64,000 nucleotides of DNA from Candidatus Aenigmatarchaeota archaeon (GTDB lineage: Archaea > Aenigmatarchaeota > Aenigmatarchaeia > CG10238-14), in the NCBI GenBank assembly GCA_030018415.1, contig JASEGC010000001.1, positions 407,033 through 471,032 on the forward strand, read 5' to 3'. This document shows positions 58,716 to 64,000 of the stretch, in pieces. A program made the position numbers and the translations under genes. Position 1 is the stretch's first letter. Each line of letters begins with the position of its first letter. The notes under the pieces were generated by a model. The model had not been told where the DNA came from. It ran no database searches and saw nothing but the letters and a program-made list of their open reading frames with translations.

Positions 58716-59931
58716 AATGTATTTTTATAACATCCAATTCAATCTTTTTAACTTTATTGTTCAATAACCCTGCAACACTAGGTTCTGTTCTACCTTCATT
58801 TCCGTCTATCAATTCTTTTATGTACAGTCCTGCTTGTGCAGTTATCGTGAGTTCAACCTTATTCTTACTTAAAAACTTACATTTTATACTTTTTACTTTT
58901 CTTTTTCTAATCTTATCAGACCTTCTTCTTAGAACTCTAGAAGGAGTTTTCTGCGTGATTATGGTTCCTTTCAGCTCGTCAAGTCTTTTTATATTTTCTA
59001 CGGGTTTTTCAAAGGCTACAATTGCCCTATAAGTTTTATCATAGTCAGCAGACTTTATTATTCTTACAACCTCTTTACCTACGATCTTCAGATCCTTTAC
59101 CTTAACTTTTTTTGATTGGTTTATTTCACTCTTTATTCTTTCCAGGTCAATGTTTCTTATCGTAGGACTAATTAATTCCAAGACAAAAGGTCTCCAAGCT
59201 AAGCAACGAACGTTTATGTCTTCACGACCCGAGCCATGAAACCTTGTACTTTCTGTTTTTGTCTGCTTTAAGAAAGGTTTTTCTATAACTTCTTGGACAG
59301 AAGTTCGGAATATCTTTTTTCTCCATCTGGTTTGTGGTATACCTCGTACCAATTTCTGATATTTTCCATAGATGTAAAGAGAACGTACACTAAGTTCTAC
59401 GTCATCCGTGTTTAAATCAAACATGACTGTTACGTCAGGAGATTTTCTGTTCATCGTTTTTCCTGTAATCTTCTCGATCTCTATTCCTATTTCACGGTTT
59501 ATCTCGTTCTTTATCGACTCACACCATTCTATACCAACTCTATCCCACAATTCTTGTTCTTTTTCTATCAGTTCAGGAGTTAACTTACAGCCAACAAGAA
59601 AAGTGTTATACCCGTACTTCTTCATCTTTTTAACTATCGATTTTGCTTTTTTTTTAAGTTCTTTGAATAGGTTAGAGCAAACCGAACACTCATGAGGTTT
59701 TTCGATCTCTATTTTTTTGTTATGGAACTTTATCCCGTAGAAATTAGAGTTTTCAACGTCAATTTTTTCTCCAGAATCGATCAACATAGCTACATAATAT
59801 CTCAATATTTTACCTCTTTCTTCATTCGTCATTCCTGTGAGCAATTGGGCCATAGCCCTGCCTAGACATCGATCACATACATAGCTTTCTTTCAACATCT
59901 CGATGACTTTTTCTTTCACGTCCAAAAGCAT
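58708..59931 (-). CDS. pus10: tRNA pseudouridine synthase Pus10
   Basis: 407 aa. N-terminal Zn module CDRCLGR...CSVCSNLF, THUMP-like middle, and C-terminal catalytic region (FHGSGREDINVRCL, GLYIKELIDG). Confidence 0.75.
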   Translation of the reverse strand: MLLDVKEKVIEMLKESYVCDRCLGRAMAQLLTGMTNEERGKILRYYVAMLIDSGEKIDVENSNFYGIKFHNKKIEIEKPHECSVCSNLFKELKKKAKSIVKKMKKYGYNTFLVGCKLTPELIEKEQELWDRVGIEWCESIKNEINREIGIEIEKITGKTMNRKSPDVTVMFDLNTDDVELSVRSLYIYGKYQKLVRGIPQTRWRKKIFRTSVQEVIEKPFLKQTKTESTRFHGSGREDINVRCLAWRPFVLELISPTIRNIDLERIKSEINQSKKVKVKDLKIVGKEVVRIIKSADYDKTYRAIVAFEKPVENIKRLDELKGTIITQKTPSRVLRRRSDKIRKRKVKSIKCKFLSKNKVELTITAQAGLYIKELIDGNEGRTEPSVAGLLNNKVKKIELDVIKIHCD

Positions 59932-59979
59932 TCACCGTATTTATTTTATAATGTAACTTTAAACTATTATAGGAGAAAA

Positions 59980-60627
59980 ATGGAAGAAAAATGGCCAATC
60001 GTTACTCTTATTCTAATAACGATAAACCTAGCTGTTTTTCTTTTTACTTACGACATTTCATCGAACAAGGTTTCAGATGAAGTCGTCGATGCGTTTGGTT
60101 TAACCCCTCAATTCCTTGTTTTTAGGCCTTACACACTGATTACGCATATGTTCCTTCATGCCGATATAATCCACTTTATGGGAAACATGCTCATGCTCTC
60201 TATAGTCGGTCTTGTGTGTGAAGATAAGATCGGCAGTCTAAAATTCCTTTTATTCTATTTATTATCTGGCTTCTGCACAATACCCTTTGGTTTTATAATG
60301 GAAATTTTTACTAACACGCTCGTCATTCTTATAGGTGCATCAGGAGCTGTATACGGTGTCATGTTTCTTGCAGCAATGATAGCAGGTTGGGAAGAGGTAC
60401 CAGCGATACTCATTCCGATACTGAACATAATCGCCGCTCCTATCATATTCTTCTCGCTTAAGAACATCAAAGTGCCATTGTTTGTTGCCATACTCTTCTA
60501 CTTCCTTCTTAATCTTGTGATGATGCTCTACAATTTACCCTATAGTATAGGAGAGTTGGCTCATTTTGGAGGAGTGACTGGAGGCATAATTGGAGTTTTG
60601 TTGATACTGCCTGAACAATTCAAATGA
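59980..60627 (+). CDS. rhomboid-family intramembrane serine protease
   Basis: Six TM segments. HMFLHADIIHFMGNM, GASGAVYG (catalytic Ser) and AHFGG (catalytic His). Confidence 0.8.
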   Translation: MEEKWPIVTLILITINLAVFLFTYDISSNKVSDEVVDAFGLTPQFLVFRPYTLITHMFLHADIIHFMGNMLMLSIVGLVCEDKIGSLKFLLFYLLSGFCTIPFGFIMEIFTNTLVILIGASGAVYGVMFLAAMIAGWEEVPAILIPILNIIAAPIIFFSLKNIKVPLFVAILFYFLLNLVMMLYNLPYSIGELAHFGGVTGGIIGVLLILPEQFK

Positions 60628-60711
60628 AGTTAGATTGATGCCAAGTTTTTTCCAAACAGCACGAATTAAAATAAAAACTATCTGTATAAAGAATCTTTAA
60701 TAATTAACTAA

Positions 60712-61479
60712 TTAGCCACAAAATAATTCTTCTCCTAGTTTTAGAGTTTCTTTTTTGAATAAATGCATCAAGAGAACTGCCAGGATTAAGAAAATTAATA
60801 ATCTGAGTAGTTTTTTGGGGTGTGGTGGTGATGACTGTCGTCACTTGAGTAGTTGTTGACGATGTTATTACGATGATATTGTAGTAATAACAGTCGAAGT
60901 TGTAGTTGATGTTAACACCTCATCGTAATAAGTGTTATACCAGAATAGGACTCAGAAGTTACTTTTACAGCTTTTATAGACTTGTCAGATAAAAATTGGT
61001 TATGTTTTTTAAGACAGAAGCTGCAATTCTTATGTATGAATCGTTCCAACCAGAAACAACTAAAGCATAATATCCTGGTTTGAAGCCGTCATAGATTTTG
61101 ATTATAGCTGAATCCTTTGGTATACCAGATTCTAGACCACATGAAGGATAGATTTTTCCCATGATTAATGCAATAAGTTTATTCCTATGAGGACTACCGA
61201 TTATCAAGAAATTTTTATTTATGTCGTATGGGTTAACGATATCCCTATCTAATTTTGTTTCAATACTGATTCCAGGTAATTCACCTTTAATACCTATTAC
61301 TATTTCTGTTGAAGCAGCGACATCAGATGCTGAACCTTCTTTATTACAACTACGTAAATTTCTGGTGATAGGAAACTTGGATAATCACTTAAATTAGGAT
61401 AGCCAGCATAAGAAGAACCAAAAAATAATAGAACAACCAACAGAAAGAAGAACAATCTTGTTATTTTCATAAATTTCAT
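60712..61479 (-). pseudogene. surface (S-layer-domain-like) protein gene broken by several frameshifts
   Basis: Minus strand has a signal peptide MKFMKITRLFFFLLVVLLFF. The S-layer-type domain GSASDVAASTEIVIG...NFLIIGSPHRNKLI...YALVVSGWNDSYIRIAASVL is in a second frame. The Thr-rich linker and C-terminal TM (LLIFLILAVLLMHLF) are in further frames. Confidence 0.6.
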
Positions 61480-61507
61480 TTTTTTGTATTTGTTGGATAA
61501 AAAATAG

Positions 61508-62827
61508 TTATAATTTTAAACCAAATTGCTTCACTAACTGTTGTAATTTCCCTCTTTTCATTCCTCTTATCCCACCGATTTTTTTCATAATTTTTTTTGC
61601 ATGTCCATATTGTTTTAATAGATCTCTAACCTCTTTTTCTGAAGTACCAGAACCCCTAGCGATTCTTTTAATTCGTGATGAGTGAATGATATCTGCGTTT
61701 TCTCTCTCCTCCTTTGTCATACTCTGAATAATATGACGGTATTTTTTTATCTTGTCTTCTTGAATCTTCAGTAAATTTTCAGGGATCGCATGTCCAAGAC
61801 CTGGAAGGAGGTTTGCTATCGAAGTTAAAGACCCCATTTTTTGTACACTACTTATCTGGTTGTAAAAGTCTTGCAGACTGAATTTTCCAGAGATTATTTT
61901 TTCGACATCCTCTTCTCTGAATTCAGCTTCCCTAACTTTCTCCAAAAGGCTTTCCAAATCACCCATTCCGAGCAATCTAGAGACAAAACGAACTGGGTCA
62001 TAAGCTTCAAAATCTTCTAAGTTTTCCCCAGTGCCTATGAATTTTACTTTTGATGCAGTAGCAGAACAGGCTGATAGTGCTCCTCCACCCTTGGCAGTCC
62101 CGTCCATCTTCGTGATGATAATTCCAGTTATCCCGACTAGCTTGTTAAATTCTTCTGCCTGTTTTCCTCCTATCCTTCCTATGTCAGCAGGAATAACGAG
62201 TAAAACTTCATCAGGTTGACATATCTTATCCATTTTTTTTAGTTCTTCTGATAATTCTTTGTCTAGAGCATCTCTACCAGCAGTGTCGATTATGATGGCA
62301 TCATACCTACTGAATTTTGATAGACCTTCTTTCAAAGCCTTGTAAGGGTCTTTTTCTTTCGAGACATAAACAGGAACGTGCAATTTATCCCCGAGTTGCA
62401 TCAATTGTTCCGGAGCAGCGGGTCTATGATAATCGGAGCATATCATCGCAGGCCTTAAACCTTGTTTTTGGAAGTATCTAGCTAATTTTCCAGCAGTAGT
62501 GGTCTTACCAGATCCAAACAAACCCAAAAGCATGATCCTCTTTTTACCGAGGAGACTAGCTTGTCTTTCTCCTAGAAGTTTTACTAATTCATCGTAAACA
62601 ACCTTCATCACATGTTCTCTCAGAGTTAAACCAGGTGGAATCTTCTCTTTCAAACATCTTCTTCTTATATTCTCTGACAATTCAAAGATCAACTTTACGT
62701 CTACATCTGTCTGTAGAAGAATCTTCTGAAGACCTTTTACCAAAACTTCTACATCCTCAGGATCAACGGTTGTTCTGGTCAGTATCTTCATTATCAGGTT
62801 ACTGAGATTCTTTCCCAAGTCCAACAT
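61508..62827 (-). CDS. ffh: signal recognition particle protein SRP54
   Basis: GLFGSGKTTT, DTAGR and TKMDGTAKGG, plus a Met-rich M domain. The ATG at 62827 (MLDLGKNLS) is preferred over the one at 62851. Confidence 0.9.
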   Translation of the reverse strand: MLDLGKNLSNLIMKILTRTTVDPEDVEVLVKGLQKILLQTDVDVKLIFELSENIRRRCLKEKIPPGLTLREHVMKVVYDELVKLLGERQASLLGKKRIMLLGLFGSGKTTTAGKLARYFQKQGLRPAMICSDYHRPAAPEQLMQLGDKLHVPVYVSKEKDPYKALKEGLSKFSRYDAIIIDTAGRDALDKELSEELKKMDKICQPDEVLLVIPADIGRIGGKQAEEFNKLVGITGIIITKMDGTAKGGGALSACSATASKVKFIGTGENLEDFEAYDPVRFVSRLLGMGDLESLLEKVREAEFREEDVEKIISGKFSLQDFYNQISSVQKMGSLTSIANLLPGLGHAIPENLLKIQEDKIKKYRHIIQSMTKEERENADIIHSSRIKRIARGSGTSEKEVRDLLKQYGHAKKIMKKIGGIRGMKRGKLQQLVKQFGLKL

Positions 62828-62954
62828 AAAATCATCAGAGTATATTCTCAATAAATTCTTCTGGTTTAAATGTTTTTAAAGACTTATATTTTCTTATTTG
62901 AAAACAGGTTTTATCACAAAAACTAGGAAGTTGCACAAAAAGTCCAAAAAAGAT

Positions 62955-63974
62955 TTATTCACTCAACAATTGGTTAATAAACCATTCCTTATCGAATTCT
63001 TTAAAATCCGAATAACTCTGTCCTGTTCCCAAGAAGAGAATAGGCTTATTCAATAAATGGGATACTGATAAGATTGCTCCCCCTTTCTGATTGACATCCA
63101 CTTTTGTGAATATTATAGCATCGATCCCAAGTTCATTGAACATTTTTGCCTGTAAAATGGCATCATTACCAACAAGAGAGTCCATCACTAGAATTTTCAA
63201 ATCTGGTTTGCTTACTCGAATTATTTTTTGCATCTGCTCCATAAGGTTGCGGTTTGTGTGAGCCCTACCGGCCGTGTCAATAAGAACGAAATTTATTCCA
63301 CGAGTTTTCGCGTGAGCAATGGCATCGTATGCAACTGCTGCTGGATCTGCCCCATATTTATGTTTAATAACTTCCACTCCGACTTTCTTTGCATGTTCTT
63401 CCAATTGTTCCAAAGCAGCACTTCGAAAAGTATCAGATGCAGCAAAAACACAGGAATAGCCGCTATTTCTCAACCATTTTCCTAATTTCGCTAAAGAGGT
63501 CGTTTTTCCACAACCGTTAAAACCAAAAAAGATCAAAATAACTGGTCTATTTTCCTTCTTTGCCTCTTTAACTATATTTTCTAAATCGATCTTCGTGACG
63601 TCTAATATCTCAGAAAAAGTATCCTTGAAACTCTGAATTATCATGTCCTTAACTTTACCCCTTCTTACTTCTTTTCCAACAAGGTTCTTCTTTAAATCTT
63701 CTTTTATTTTTTCAGCAACCTCAAAAGCTACATCGGCCTCTAGAAGTGAAAATTCCAAATTTTCCAGTACTTCCTCCAAATCCTTCTCAGAGATTCTCTT
63801 CTCCAGGACTTTTTTCGTAACTTTCTCAAAAACTTTTTTTATGATACCTTTCTTAACTTCTTTTTTTACTAACTTCTCAACCTCAATTTTTTTCTCCACA
63901 GGCTTTTTCGTCTCAATTTTTTCAGATAAAGACTTGACTACTTTTGAGATTTTTTCCTTGAGGAATTTGAACAT
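62955..63974 (-). CDS. ftsY: SRP receptor FtsY
   Basis: GFNGCGKTTS, DTAGR and TKVDVNQKGG. Lys/Glu-rich N-terminal domain. Confidence 0.9.
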   Translation of the reverse strand: MFKFLKEKISKVVKSLSEKIETKKPVEKKIEVEKLVKKEVKKGIIKKVFEKVTKKVLEKRISEKDLEEVLENLEFSLLEADVAFEVAEKIKEDLKKNLVGKEVRRGKVKDMIIQSFKDTFSEILDVTKIDLENIVKEAKKENRPVILIFFGFNGCGKTTSLAKLGKWLRNSGYSCVFAASDTFRSAALEQLEEHAKKVGVEVIKHKYGADPAAVAYDAIAHAKTRGINFVLIDTAGRAHTNRNLMEQMQKIIRVSKPDLKILVMDSLVGNDAILQAKMFNELGIDAIIFTKVDVNQKGGAILSVSHLLNKPILFLGTGQSYSDFKEFDKEWFINQLLSE

Positions 63975-64000
63975 TTCAATCAGCAGTGACTTCAGGTTTA

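Noticed and set aside
1486-63485. Numerous 60-220-aa ORFs antisense to or nested within long conserved genes. Examples: 1486..1953, 3033..3314, 10534..11190, 14268..14711, 16018..16371, 17008..17412, 19985..20305, 47966..48475, 57508..57999, 59408..59695.
   Set aside because: They lie inside strongly supported genes on the other strand or in another frame. They have low-complexity or biased composition and no recognisable motifs, as expected in A/T-rich DNA.
1-64000. Stop-codon reassignment (TAA, TAG or TGA read as sense).
   Set aside because: TAA, TAG and TGA each terminate well conserved genes at the expected C-termini (for example rpoH TAA, rpoB'' TAG, rpoA' TGA, PolB-C TAA). Their reading frames are otherwise free of internal stops.
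1-64000. CRISPR arrays, rRNA genes and transposase/IS elements.
   Set aside because: No regularly spaced direct repeats, rRNA-like conserved stretches or transposase-like ORFs were seen on either strand.

Overview
AT-rich archaeal chromosomal window with DPANN- or euryarchaeote-like gene content. It is built around a broken-up version of the conserved transcription/translation cluster: rpoH, rpoB'', rpoB'-rpoA' (fused), rpoA'', rpl30e, nusA, rps12, rps7, then aEF-2, EF-1alpha and, about 17 kb later, rps10. Also present are glycolysis genes (gap, pgk, fba, pgi/pmi), a SAM-recycling/methionine-salvage cluster (mtnA, mtnP, mtaD, ahcY), a family B DNA polymerase, SRP54/FtsY, and the rpoF-rpl21e-pus10 block. 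There are secreted dockerin-bearing enzymes, three tRNAs and several decayed genes.

Main result: the 5' part of the elongation factor 2 gene is interrupted by four short stop-containing segments of 32, 20, 14 and 15 nt. Each is bounded by a 4-bp helix with both junctions 2 nt into 3-nt bulges, which is bulge-helix-bulge (BHB) geometry. Removing them gives a 733-aa aEF-2 with canonical motif spacing. Applying the same geometric rule resolves two over-long tRNA genes: tRNA-Arg(GCG) with two 13-nt introns, one inside the anticodon stem, and tRNA-Asp(GUC) with D-loop and variable-region introns.

Other notable points:
- an in-frame RpoB'-RpoA' fusion
- a PolB gene that carries a LAGLIDADG intein and is also split after motif C by a translationally coupled small membrane ORF
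- a 19-nt duplication of the tRNA-Leu 3' end flanking a 365-bp insert
- several single-nucleotide homopolymer frameshifts, which could be sequence error or gene decay

All folding and alignment was done by eye. No database search or energy calculation was possible.
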